Shown here in pieces: positions 1 through 8,681 of a DNA stretch of 54,705 nucleotides (position 1 is the stretch's first letter; each line of letters opens with the position of its first letter). Both the position numbers and the translations under genes were made by a program. Origin of the DNA: Actinomycetes bacterium (GTDB lineage: Bacteria > Actinomycetota > Thermoleophilia > Gaiellales > Gaiellaceae); contig JANMJY010000063.1 in assembly GCA_031371615.1 (NCBI GenBank), positions 1 through 54,705 of the forward strand, given 5' to 3'. The notes below the pieces were generated by a model. It made no database searches. It was not told the DNA's origin and was given only the letters and a program-made list of their open reading frames with translations.

Positions 1-311
1 GGCAGGGAATCGCGGCGGCATTGCTCGAGGAGGCCGAGCAACGGGCGCGCGGCCGCGGGCTCGTCCGGCTCGAGGTGTGGACCCGCGACGACGCGCACGT
101 CCAGCGCTGGTACGAGTCGCACGGATTCACGCTGATCGACGGCTATCTGCACGTCTATCTCGAGCGCGACGACCTGCGCGGGCTCGACGGACAGCTCGGA
201 GAGCTCAGGCTGATCAAGGCTTTCGCGCACTACACGGGTGACCGTCCCGATGGGATCCGCCAGCGGTACGGGCGCGTCCACGAGGACGTGCTCTACGAGA
301 AGCACCTGTGA
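1..311 (+). CDS. GNAT-family N-acetyltransferase, C-terminal fragment (5' end outside window)
   Basis: The frame of ORF 21..311 stays open to the window edge. The sequence (RGRGLVRLEVWTRDD...WYESHGF) resembles the C-terminal acetyl-CoA-binding part of GNAT enzymes. GC3 is high. Confidence 0.55.
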   Translation, partial: QGIAAALLEEAEQRARGRGLVRLEVWTRDDAHVQRWYESHGFTLIDGYLHVYLERDDLRGLDGQLGELRLIKAFAHYTGDRPDGIRQRYGRVHEDVLYEKHL

Positions 312-1447
312 CCACGGTCGACTGGATCGCGGTGGCGGTGATCGCGGTCGCGGCGCTGAACGGGCTCCGGCGCGGGCTCGTCGGCGGCATCTTCTCGCTC
401 GCGGGGATCGCCGCCGGGGCGTACTTCGGCGCCAAGCTCGCGCCGCAGTTCTTGTCGGGAAGCGAGTCGCCGTACACGCCGCTCGTCGCGCTCGGAGGGG
501 CGGTCGTGGTGGGCGCGTTCCTCCAGAGCGCCGCGTCGGTCGCCGCGAACGCGATCCGCCGGAGCCTCTTCGTGGTGCCGCCGCTCCGCGTGCTCGACTC
601 CCTGGGCGGGCTCGCGCTCGGTGCCGTGGCCGGCGCGGCGATCGTCTGGGTCGCGGGCGCGGTGGCGCTGAACGTGCCGGGTCAGACGCAGCTGCGCGAG
701 GAGGCTCAGCGCTCGCGCATCCTTCGTGCGATCAACGAGCGCGTGCCGCCGTCGCGCCTGCTCGACGCGATCGCGCGCGTCGACCCGTTCGCCGCCATCC
801 GAGGGCCGCAGGCCAGGGTCGCGCCGCCCGACCCCGCGCTGCTCCGGAGCGCGGGCGTCGAAGCGGCGCGCCCGAGCATCCTCCGCGTCATCGGCACGGC
901 CTGTGGCCTCGGGATCGAGGGCTCCGGGTGGATCGCCGCCCCGAGCCTCCTCGTCACGAACGCCCACGTGGTCGCCGGAATGAAGGACGCGCGCGTCGAC
1001 CGCGGGGATGGGAAGTTCCGCGATGCGACCGTGGTCGCCTTCGACTCGCACGACGACGTCGCCGTGCTACGGGTGCAGGGCCTCGGCGCGCCGCCGCTCG
1101 AACTCGTCGATCCGGTCGAGGGCCAGGCGGTGGCGATCCTCGGCTACCCCGAGAACGGCCCCTTCACCGCGACCCCCGGCCGGATCGGGCAGACCGGCGT
1201 CGTGCTGACCGACGACGCGTACGGCCGCGGTCCGGTCAGCAGGCGGGTGACGACGCTTCGCGGGGCCGTCCGGCACGGCAACTCCGGCGGGCCGGCGGTC
1301 GACGGCCGGGGGCGAGTGCAGGGAACGATCTTCGCGGCGCGGATTGACTCGGCCTCCGGCTACGCTGTGCCGAGCTCGATCGTTCGCGAGACCCTCGCTG
1401 ACGCCGGCGCTCGCGAGGTCTCGTCCGGCCCCTGCGTCGCCGGCTAG
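308..1447 (+). CDS. CvpA-family membrane domain fused to a trypsin-like serine protease (MarP-like)
   Basis: Hydrophobic N-terminal segments (VDWIAVAVIAVAALNG, GIFSLAGIAAGAYFGA, LGGLALGAVAGAAIVWVAGAVAL). Protease triad motifs are TNAHVV, DDVAVL and GNSGGP. The GTG start overlaps the GNAT stop (GTGA). Confidence 0.8.
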   Translation: MTTVDWIAVAVIAVAALNGLRRGLVGGIFSLAGIAAGAYFGAKLAPQFLSGSESPYTPLVALGGAVVVGAFLQSAASVAANAIRRSLFVVPPLRVLDSLGGLALGAVAGAAIVWVAGAVALNVPGQTQLREEAQRSRILRAINERVPPSRLLDAIARVDPFAAIRGPQARVAPPDPALLRSAGVEAARPSILRVIGTACGLGIEGSGWIAAPSLLVTNAHVVAGMKDARVDRGDGKFRDATVVAFDSHDDVAVLRVQGLGAPPLELVDPVEGQAVAILGYPENGPFTATPGRIGQTGVVLTDDAYGRGPVSRRVTTLRGAVRHGNSGGPAVDGRGRVQGTIFAARIDSASGYAVPSSIVRETLADAGAREVSSGPCVAG

Positions 1448-3249
1448 AGCACGTCGAGGATTCCGAGCGGCTGCCGGAACGGAGCGACCAGGTAGACACC
1501 AGCGGCCTTCTCCCGCGACTCCTCGATTAGCTCGCGAGCCAGCTGTCGGCCCGCGTCGGCCGCGTCCGTGCCTGCGGCGCGCAGCCGCTCCTGCACCGGG
1601 TCGGGGATGACGATCCCGGGAACCTCGTTGTGGATCCGCACGGCGAGCTGGTGGCTCGGCATCGGCCAGACGCCGACGAGCAGCGGGATGGGCGACTTGC
1701 CGCCGTAGTGGGCGAGGAACGAGTCCAGGTAGGTGAGGTCGAAGAGCACCTGCGTCATTCCGAACTGCGCCCCCGCCTCCAGTTTGCGCTCGAAGCGCTC
1801 GAGCTCGAGATCCATGTCGTCGGCGGATGGGTTGACGGCGACGCCGACGAAGAACGAGGTCGGGGCGTCGATCCCGCGCCCGTGGTAGTCCTCGCCGCGG
1901 TTCAGCCCGGAGACGAGGCGGGTCAGGCCGATCGCGTCGACCTCGTAAACGCCGCGCGCGCCCGGGTAGTCGCCCTCCTCGGGCGGGTCGCCGGTGACGG
2001 CGAGGATGTTGTGTAGCCCCTCCGCGTGCGCCCCGAGCAGGAGCGACTCGAGGCCCGCGATCGACATGTCGCGGGTCGTCAGGTGCGGGATCGTCTCGAT
2101 CCCCGCCTCGCGCTCGATCGCGACCGACGCCATCACCCCGCTCATCCTGGCCCGGGCGCGCGGGTTGTCGTTGACATCGACGAAATGGGCTTTCCCCGAC
2201 TCTCGCAGCGTGCGCCCGGCTTCGATCAGCGCGCTGTTGTTGCCGCCGAGCGGGGGATCGAGCTGGACGGACACGACGAACTCTTCCTCCCGGAGCATCT
2301 GTGCAAGCCTCGTCTCCTCGGCGACTGTCCCGATCGCGTCGGTGAGCGTGCGCTCGCGGACGAGGAGCGGCGCGGCCGGCGCCCGCGCCTCGTCGATCGC
2401 GGTGCGGATCGCCGTGATCTGAGCAGGCGTCGTGCCGCAGCAGCCGCCGATGATCCCGGCGCCGAGCCGGCGCGCCTGCGCCGCGAACTCGGCGAAGTAG
2501 TCCGGGGTCGCGTGGGGGAAGACGACGCGCGAGCCGACCAGGCTCGCGAGCCCGACGTTCGGGAGCGCGGCGAGTACGAGCCCGTCCCGCTGCATCGCGG
2601 CGAGCGCGTTCAGTGCGGCGGCGGGCCCGGCGCTGTGGTTCGCACCCGCCGCCGCCACGCCGAGCCCGGCGAGGCGGTCGGCGGCCTCCTGGGCGGAGAC
2701 GCCGCCGAGCGTCTGTCCGTCCGCGCCGAAGGTCATCAGCGCCACGACGGGGAGCGACGAGACCGAGCGGACTGCTGCGATCGCGGCGACGAGCTCGTCC
2801 AGGTCGAAGAACGTCTCCAGCATCAGCAGGTCGACGCCGCGTCCTTCGAGCACCTGTGCCTGCTCGGCGAAGAGTGTGCTCTGGTCGGCGTCGAAGCGCT
2901 CGAACTCACCGAGCGGCCCGATCGAGCCGGCGATGAAGACGTCGGCGCCCGAGACCTCGCGCGCCTCACGGGCCAACCGCACCGCCGTCGAGTTGATCCG
3001 CTCGAATTCGTCCTCGAGGAAGTGGGTGGCGAGCTTGCGCCGGTTGGCGCCGAAGGTGTTCGTCTCGATCAGCTCGGCTCCGGCGCGGATGAAGCTCGCG
3101 TGGAACGCGACCACGCTCTCCGGCGCGCGCAGGTTTGCCTCCTCCGGGCAGCGGAGGCGGGGGACAGCGCCCGAGAGCAGCGTGCCCATGCCGCCGTCGG
3201 CGACGATCGGCGGCCCCGTGCTCAGGCGTTCCTCGAAGCGGCTGGCCAT
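1444..3249 (-). CDS. Bifunctional homocysteine S-methyltransferase / 5,10-methylenetetrahydrofolate reductase (YitJ-like)
   Basis: 601 aa. The N-terminus is a Hcy-binding S-methyltransferase domain (IVADGGMGTLL, GGCCGTTP zinc site). The C-terminal half is MTHFR-like (SVQLDPP..., LTTRD, LAVTGDPP). Confidence 0.85.
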   Translation of the reverse strand: MASRFEERLSTGPPIVADGGMGTLLSGAVPRLRCPEEANLRAPESVVAFHASFIRAGAELIETNTFGANRRKLATHFLEDEFERINSTAVRLAREAREVSGADVFIAGSIGPLGEFERFDADQSTLFAEQAQVLEGRGVDLLMLETFFDLDELVAAIAAVRSVSSLPVVALMTFGADGQTLGGVSAQEAADRLAGLGVAAAGANHSAGPAAALNALAAMQRDGLVLAALPNVGLASLVGSRVVFPHATPDYFAEFAAQARRLGAGIIGGCCGTTPAQITAIRTAIDEARAPAAPLLVRERTLTDAIGTVAEETRLAQMLREEEFVVSVQLDPPLGGNNSALIEAGRTLRESGKAHFVDVNDNPRARARMSGVMASVAIEREAGIETIPHLTTRDMSIAGLESLLLGAHAEGLHNILAVTGDPPEEGDYPGARGVYEVDAIGLTRLVSGLNRGEDYHGRGIDAPTSFFVGVAVNPSADDMDLELERFERKLEAGAQFGMTQVLFDLTYLDSFLAHYGGKSPIPLLVGVWPMPSHQLAVRIHNEVPGIVIPDPVQERLRAAGTDAADAGRQLARELIEESREKAAGVYLVAPFRQPLGILDVL

Positions 3250-3426
3250 TTCGGCAGAGTAGTGAAGCGCCGTCGGTCAACCCCGCATGAGGGACGAGTC
3301 AACCGCTGAAGGGTGATAGCCGGGGTGCGGGTCGCCCCGATACTGAGGACATCAACCGAGCGCACCTATGTGGTGGGTGCGGCACGGAAGTTGCAGACCG
3401 GTTCCCAGCAACGTCGGGAGCCATCC

Positions 3427-3504
3427 AGGAAGGGCCCCGGGCGGCGGGGCCCTTCCTCATTCTTGGCGCGCCAAGACCCCTGAACGCGGCCGCTTCGCGG
3501 CCGC
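3427..3504. repeat. Three tandem GC-rich palindromic hairpins in a non-coding spacer
   Basis: Hairpin 1: aggaagggcccc-N7-ggggcccttcct (3427-3457, 12-bp arms). Hairpin 2: perfect 16-bp palindrome tcttggcgcgccaaga (3461-3476). Hairpin 3: gcggccgc-ttc-gcggccgc (3486-3504). Confidence 0.6.
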
Positions 3505-3607
3505 AAGAGCAATCGAGGGTAAAGCTGTGCGGTGCTGTTGCCGATACAGGGAACGGCTCGCCTGGTCGGGGACTGACGGCAATCTTTCCTGCGGCGCGGA
3601 AGAGCAC

Positions 3608-3637
3608 AAAAGCGGTGGCGCAAGCTGCCGCTTTTTT
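3608..3637. terminator. Bidirectional rho-independent terminator downstream of the SDR gene
   Basis: aaaa-agcggtgg-cgcaag-ctgccgct-tttttt. An 8-bp stem (two G-U pairs) is flanked by an A-run and a T-run. On the minus strand it follows the SDR stop (3643) with UUUU; on the plus strand it has six U. Confidence 0.6.
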
Positions 3638-3642
3638 GGTTC

Positions 3643-4419
3643 TCAATCGCTGTGGAGGACGCGGCCTTCCATGCCGCCGGCGACCGTGATCACCTGGCCG
3701 GTGACATGGCCGGACAGCTCGTCCGAGGCGAGGACGACCACCTGCCTGGCGACGTCCTCGGGCTGGGCGATCTTGCGGAGCGCCATCGTGCGGGAGATCA
3801 GCCGCACAGCCTCCGGGTCGACGTGGCCGCGTGTCATCGCCGACTCCGTCCAGCCTGGTGCGACCGCATTCACGCGCGCACTCGGGGCGACGCGGACGAC
3901 TTCGTTCTTCAGGCTCAGGAGCAGACCGCCGAGCAGTGCGGACTTGGCGGCCGCGTAGTCCGCGTGGCCGGCCTCGCCGACGATCCCGGCGGTCGAGCCG
4001 ACGAGGACGAGCGAGCCGTGGCCGTTCCGTTCGACCTCGCGCAGGAAGCCGCGCGCGGTCAGGAAGACGGAGGTCAGATTCTGGCGCATCGTCAGCTCCC
4101 ATCGCTCGAGTGAGAGCTCCCAGACGGGCACGTCCTCCGACGGCCAGACGCCCGCCACCGCGGCGCAGACGTCGATCGAGCCGAGCGCCGAGCGCGCCTC
4201 CTCGAAGAGCCGGTCGACCTCGTGCTCGTCCGTCAGGTCGGCCTGCAGCACGGGGGCTCCGCCGAGCTCAGCCGCGACCTCACGCGCCCGCTCCTCGCCG
4301 CGGTGGTAGTGGACGGCGACCCGCGCTCCCTCGGCCGCGAACGCCCGCGCGGAGGCTGCGCCGATGCCGCCCGATGCGCCGGTGACGAGCACGCCCTTGC
4401 CTGAGAGCCCGGTCTCCAC
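3643..4419 (-). CDS. SDR-family oxidoreductase (3-oxoacyl-ACP reductase-like)
   Basis: TGASGGIG Rossmann motif, catalytic YAAAK, 258 aa, GTG start. Confidence 0.9.
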   Translation of the reverse strand: METGLSGKGVLVTGASGGIGAASARAFAAEGARVAVHYHRGEERAREVAAELGGAPVLQADLTDEHEVDRLFEEARSALGSIDVCAAVAGVWPSEDVPVWELSLERWELTMRQNLTSVFLTARGFLREVERNGHGSLVLVGSTAGIVGEAGHADYAAAKSALLGGLLLSLKNEVVRVAPSARVNAVAPGWTESAMTRGHVDPEAVRLISRTMALRKIAQPEDVARQVVVLASDELSGHVTGQVITVAGGMEGRVLHSD

Positions 4420-4438
4420 GAGCGCTTAACCTACTGGT

Positions 4439-5251
4439 ATGCGCGTCCACATCATCAGCGACATGGAAGGCGTGTCCGGGATCGTCAAGTTCGAGCAGAC
4501 CTCGGGCGGCGATCCGATGTACGAGGAGGGCCGCAAGCTCTACACCGAGGAGATCAATGCGGCGGTGCGCGGCGCGAAGGCCGGGGGCGCCACGGAGATC
4601 GTGGTCATGGACTGCCACGGCGCCGGCGGCGGCTGGACGTTCAACTCGCTCGTCCCGGAGCTCCTGCACCCGGACTGCGAGTGGGTCGTGCAGGAGGAAT
4701 GGACCGGCTACACGGAATTCCTCGAGCAGGGCTGCGACGCGGCGCTCTTCGTCGGCATGCACGCGATGGCCGGCACGCAGCTCGGGAACATGAACCACAC
4801 CGTCTCGGGCCGCGACTACCAGTCCCTCTGGTTCAACGGCGTCGAGGTCGGCGAGACCGGGATCAACGCAGCCCTTTGCGGGACTTGGGGCTGCCCGGTT
4901 CTGCTGGTCACCGGGGACGAGGCCTCCTGCGACGAGGGGCGGGCCTTGCTCGGCGACGGCCTGACGACGGTCGCCGTGAAGAAGGGCCTCGGCGCGGCGT
5001 CGGCGCGGCAGATCCCGCCGGTTCGCGCGAGGCAGCTGATCGAGGACGGTGCGCGCGCGGCTCTGGCCGACCTGAAAGCGGTGCCGCCCTACGACCCCGG
5101 CAGCCCGTGCGAGATCAAGGTCGAGTTCAAGCGCACCCAGCCGGCCGACCGGCTGCGCTTCCACCCCGGAGTGGAGAGGATCGACGGACGCACGATCGTC
5201 GCTCGGGCCGACACGTGGTGGGATGCGTGGAAGCTCTTCTTCTTCGCCTGA
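4439..5251 (+). CDS. M55-family D-aminopeptidase (DppA-like)
   Basis: The N-terminus MRVHIISDMEGVSG and the length (270 aa) are typical of DppA/M55 peptidases. Confidence 0.8.
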   Translation: MRVHIISDMEGVSGIVKFEQTSGGDPMYEEGRKLYTEEINAAVRGAKAGGATEIVVMDCHGAGGGWTFNSLVPELLHPDCEWVVQEEWTGYTEFLEQGCDAALFVGMHAMAGTQLGNMNHTVSGRDYQSLWFNGVEVGETGINAALCGTWGCPVLLVTGDEASCDEGRALLGDGLTTVAVKKGLGAASARQIPPVRARQLIEDGARAALADLKAVPPYDPGSPCEIKVEFKRTQPADRLRFHPGVERIDGRTIVARADTWWDAWKLFFFA

Positions 5252-5288
5252 GCGGCCTCGACGACCGCGGACTCCTCGCAGCCGAGCG

Positions 5289-6074
5289 TCAGAAGAGCTC
5301 GATCGTCGCGCTGCGGCGCGCGTCGCGCTCGAAGAGGCGGAGGAGTGCCAGCCCCGCGACGAGGTAGGCGACGCCGATCGCGAGCTCGGTCACGAGCAGG
5401 TCCGCGACGCTGGCGAACGAGGCGCCGGCGACGACATCGCGTGCCGCCTCGACCGCGTGGGTGACAGGAAGCCCTTGAGCCGCCGTGCTCATCCAGCCCG
5501 GCAGATCGTCGAGTGGGACGTTGACGCCGCAGAAGACGAGCAGAACCGCGAAGACGAGGTTCGAGAAGACCGCCATCTCCCGCACGCGCAGCCCGACGGC
5601 CGCGTGCGCGACCCCGAGCGCGGTGCACGAGAAGGCGGTCGCCACCATGGCGATCGCGACGGTCGGCAGCGCGCGGGCGGGAAGCTCGACGTCGAGCAGC
5701 AGGACGCCGAACGTGAAGCTCACCCCCGAGACGACGAGGCCGATCGCCATCACCGGCAGGCTGCGGCCGAGGAACAGCGCGACCCGGCTGGCCGGCGAGG
5801 CGAGCAGAGGCGCCAGCGTCTGGCTCTTCCGCTCGCCGTTGATCGCGTGGCTGATCGCGAAGAGCCCCGGCAGCGCGGCGAGCTGAATCGAGTTGCCGAT
5901 GACGTAGAACGTGTCCGACTCGAGCCCGGCTGCCCGGCCGAGGTAGGCGAAGAAGAGCACCTGGAAGATCGGCGGCACGATCAGCGTCGGCACGAAGATC
6001 GCCGGATGGAGCCACCCGAAGAGCCCGCGGAAGCTGATCAGACCGCCGACGAGGGCGACGCGCGCCGCGCTCAC
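5289..6074 (-). CDS. ABC-2 type exporter permease
   Basis: 261 aa polytopic membrane protein, last gene of the ATPase-permease-permease operon. Confidence 0.8.
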   Translation of the reverse strand: MSAARVALVGGLISFRGLFGWLHPAIFVPTLIVPPIFQVLFFAYLGRAAGLESDTFYVIGNSIQLAALPGLFAISHAINGERKSQTLAPLLASPASRVALFLGRSLPVMAIGLVVSGVSFTFGVLLLDVELPARALPTVAIAMVATAFSCTALGVAHAAVGLRVREMAVFSNLVFAVLLVFCGVNVPLDDLPGWMSTAAQGLPVTHAVEAARDVVAGASFASVADLLVTELAIGVAYLVAGLALLRLFERDARRSATIELF

Positions 6075-6084
6075 GTCACAGCCT

Positions 6085-6861
6085 TCATGTCAAAGACAAC
6101 GTCGCGTGCCGGCGCGCCGACTGGAGGAACTGTCCGAGCAGCACGGCGCCGATCACGGTGTAGGCAACGCTCAGGACGAGGCACATGGCGATGTCGAAGA
6201 GCGGCGTGCCGTCACCGAAGGCCGCTCCGCTGAGCGCCCGCATCCCCCACGTCGGCGCGAGCAGCCAGGACACGGGCTCCGCCCAGCCGGGCAGGAGCGC
6301 GACGGGGATCAGCAGCCCGGTGACGAGCCAGACGGGGTACTCGAACATGTTCCCGACCGCCCAGCCGGCCCGGAAGCGCACGACGACGGACGCCATCACG
6401 AAGCCGAGCAGGCCGATCGAGACGATCGTCGGCGGGATCGAGAGCGCGAAGATCACCGGTTGCTCGAGGTGGAGCGGGATGCCGAAGAGGAAGCGGCCCC
6501 AGAGCAGCGTCGACACGAGCGCGTAGATCCCGATCGTCGAGGTGGCGATCGTGATCGGGAGGAGGACGGCCCAGAAGGGTGTCGGGGCCGCGACGAGCAG
6601 CTCCAGCACTCCGGCCCAGCGCTGCCGCTGGATCGCATCGGCCGCGCCGACGGTCGTGATCGACCAGATGCCCATCACCGTCGCTCCGAGCGAGGCCAGG
6701 AGGAGAGCCTCCGGCTCGCTGCCGGCGCGAAACATGAAGTAGGCGAGCGTCGCGTAGACGAGCGGCCAGATCGTGGTCGCCATCACGTCGAAGGCGTTCC
6801 GGGAGAGATGCTTGACGTGGATCACAAGGCCCAGAAGCACGACTCGCGCGATGCGCGTCAC
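6085..6861 (-). CDS. ABC-2 type exporter permease
   Basis: 258 aa polytopic membrane protein. The GTG start overlaps the ATPase stop (GTGA at 6858-6861). Confidence 0.8.
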   Translation of the reverse strand: MTRIARVVLLGLVIHVKHLSRNAFDVMATTIWPLVYATLAYFMFRAGSEPEALLLASLGATVMGIWSITTVGAADAIQRQRWAGVLELLVAAPTPFWAVLLPITIATSTIGIYALVSTLLWGRFLFGIPLHLEQPVIFALSIPPTIVSIGLLGFVMASVVVRFRAGWAVGNMFEYPVWLVTGLLIPVALLPGWAEPVSWLLAPTWGMRALSGAAFGDGTPLFDIAMCLVLSVAYTVIGAVLLGQFLQSARRHATLSLT

Positions 6862-7856
6862 GCGGCGGTCACGAGCTGAACGTACGCGTCCTCGAGCGTG
6901 GGCTCGCGCGACGAGACGCGGCCGACGCTCGTCCCGTTCAGCTGCGAGAGGATCGCGTGCGTCAGTTCGAGTCCCGGTGCCGTCTGCACGATCAGGAGCT
7001 GCTTCTGCTCGTGCTCCTCGACGACGGCGGCGCGGACGCCTTCGAGCGCGAGTACCCGCTCGACGGAGAGCTGGTCGATCCCGAAGACCTCGACCTCGAC
7101 GACGCTGCCGGCGTCCACTCCCGCCTTGAGCTCCTGCGGCGTTCCCTGCGCGACGATCTCCCCCTTCGCGATCACGGCGATCCGGTCGCAGAGCGAGTCG
7201 GCCTCGAACATGTAGTGCGTCGTCAGGAGCACGGTCTTGCCGGCCTCGGTCAGTGAGGCGATCAACGCGCGCAGCTCGCGGGCACCGACGGGGTCGACGC
7301 CGAAGGTCGGTTCGTCGAGGAAGAGCACCGGCGGGTCGTGCAGGAGGCCGCGCGCGATGTGCAGCCGCTGCCGCATCCCGCGGCTGTATCCCTCGACCCG
7401 CTCGTGCTCGCGACCCTTCAGCCCGACGAGGTCGAGCAGCTCGTCGATGCGGGCGCGCTGGCGGCGGTGGTCGACGGCGTAGAGCTCGGCGAAGTAGCGG
7501 AGGTTGTCGAGCGCCGACAGCCGCTCGTAGAGCCCCCGCTCGCCGCCGAAGACGTAGCCGATCCGCTCGCGCACCCAGCGCGCGTCCTTGACGACGTCGT
7601 GCCCGAGCACGCTCGCGCTGCCCGACGTCGGGATCAGCAGCGTGATCAGCATCTTGATCGTCGTCGTCTTGCCGGCGCCGTTTGGGCCGATCAGGCCAAA
7701 GAGCTCGCCCTCGCGGATCGCGAAGCTCACTCCCTTGACGGCTTCCACCTCGTGCGTCCGCCGCCTGATGGCGCCGGTAGTGACCCGATAGGTGCGGTGG
7801 AGGTCGACCGCCTCGACGACATTCACGGGCCCGAGTCTACGAGACTCCCACGACAT
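6858..7856 (-). CDS. ABC transporter ATP-binding protein (DrrA-like)
   Basis: Walker A GPNGAGKTT, signature YSRGMRQRL, Walker B VLFLDEPT. The track ORF runs to 8039, but the ATPase fold begins just after the ATG at 7856 (MSWESRRLGPVNVVEAVDL). Confidence 0.85.
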   Translation of the reverse strand: MSWESRRLGPVNVVEAVDLHRTYRVTTGAIRRRTHEVEAVKGVSFAIREGELFGLIGPNGAGKTTTIKMLITLLIPTSGSASVLGHDVVKDARWVRERIGYVFGGERGLYERLSALDNLRYFAELYAVDHRRQRARIDELLDLVGLKGREHERVEGYSRGMRQRLHIARGLLHDPPVLFLDEPTFGVDPVGARELRALIASLTEAGKTVLLTTHYMFEADSLCDRIAVIAKGEIVAQGTPQELKAGVDAGSVVEVEVFGIDQLSVERVLALEGVRAAVVEEHEQKQLLIVQTAPGLELTHAILSQLNGTSVGRVSSREPTLEDAYVQLVTAA

Positions 7857-7884
7857 TAGGCAGGCTGAGACCGGCGTTGTTGAC

Positions 7885-8652
7885 ATGACAGCGGCCAGAA
7901 GGTTCGATTCCGCCATGCCGCACAACTTCGTCGTCGCCGAGGACAACGTCGAAGGACGTCGGGCCGACGGCGACACCGCCGTCGAGAAGGTCGTCATGGG
8001 CCAGCACACCGGCTCGCGGCTGCTGGAGCAGCGCGTCACCCGCTACGGGCCGGGCCGGTCGCTGCCGCGGGGGGAGGCCGACCGGGACGAGCTCCTGTAC
8101 GTCATCTCGGGCTCGGGAACGCTCGAGCTCGACGGCGAGCCCTACGACCTCGAGCCGGACAGCGGGGTCTATGTCCGCGCGGGGGAGACGTACGTCGTCG
8201 ACGCGGCCGGGCCCGGCGAGCTGATGGTCGTCTCGACGACCGTGCCGGTCGAGCAGGCCTATCGGCCGCCGCGCGAGGTGGTCGTCCGCTTCGCCGACCG
8301 CCCGGAGCTGCGCGCCGACGCGAAGCGCACCTTCCGCTACCTCGTCAACCAGGATGCGGGCTGCATGGACGCGACCCAGTTCGTCGGGATCGTCGAGCCG
8401 TGCCGGGCGCCCGACCACAGTCACACCTACGATGAGGTCGGCTACATCGTCGAGGGGAGAGGGTTCGCGCACATCGGCGGCGAATCGATACCCCTCGGCC
8501 CCGGATCGTGCTTCCACCTGCCACCCGAGCAAATCCATTGCATCGAGAACACCGGGCCCGGCGTCATGCGCATCCTCGGCGTGTTCCATCCCTCGGGCGA
8601 TCCTGCTTCACGGGCATACGAGGACAACTCGCAACTCATTCCAGCGTCTTAG
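7885..8652 (+). CDS. Bicupin-domain protein
   Basis: Two cupin barrels (DELLYVISGSGTLELDGEPY; HSHTYDEVGYIVEGRGFAHIGG...FHLPPEQIHCIEN). An alternative ATG at 7915 fits a TTGACA (7879-7884) promoter with a leaderless start. Confidence 0.7.
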   Translation: MTAARRFDSAMPHNFVVAEDNVEGRRADGDTAVEKVVMGQHTGSRLLEQRVTRYGPGRSLPRGEADRDELLYVISGSGTLELDGEPYDLEPDSGVYVRAGETYVVDAAGPGELMVVSTTVPVEQAYRPPREVVVRFADRPELRADAKRTFRYLVNQDAGCMDATQFVGIVEPCRAPDHSHTYDEVGYIVEGRGFAHIGGESIPLGPGSCFHLPPEQIHCIENTGPGVMRILGVFHPSGDPASRAYEDNSQLIPAS

Positions 8653-8681
8653 CACTGTGCAACTCAACAGGAGGGCAACGA

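Noticed and set aside
3250-3426. SAM, cobalamin, ZTP or TPP riboswitch in the YitJ-like leader
   Set aside because: Fragments such as GAGGGAC, GGGGTGC and CTGAGG occur, but on the wrong strand or in the wrong order. No consensus core could be assembled by eye. The question is left open as a finding rather than called as a feature.
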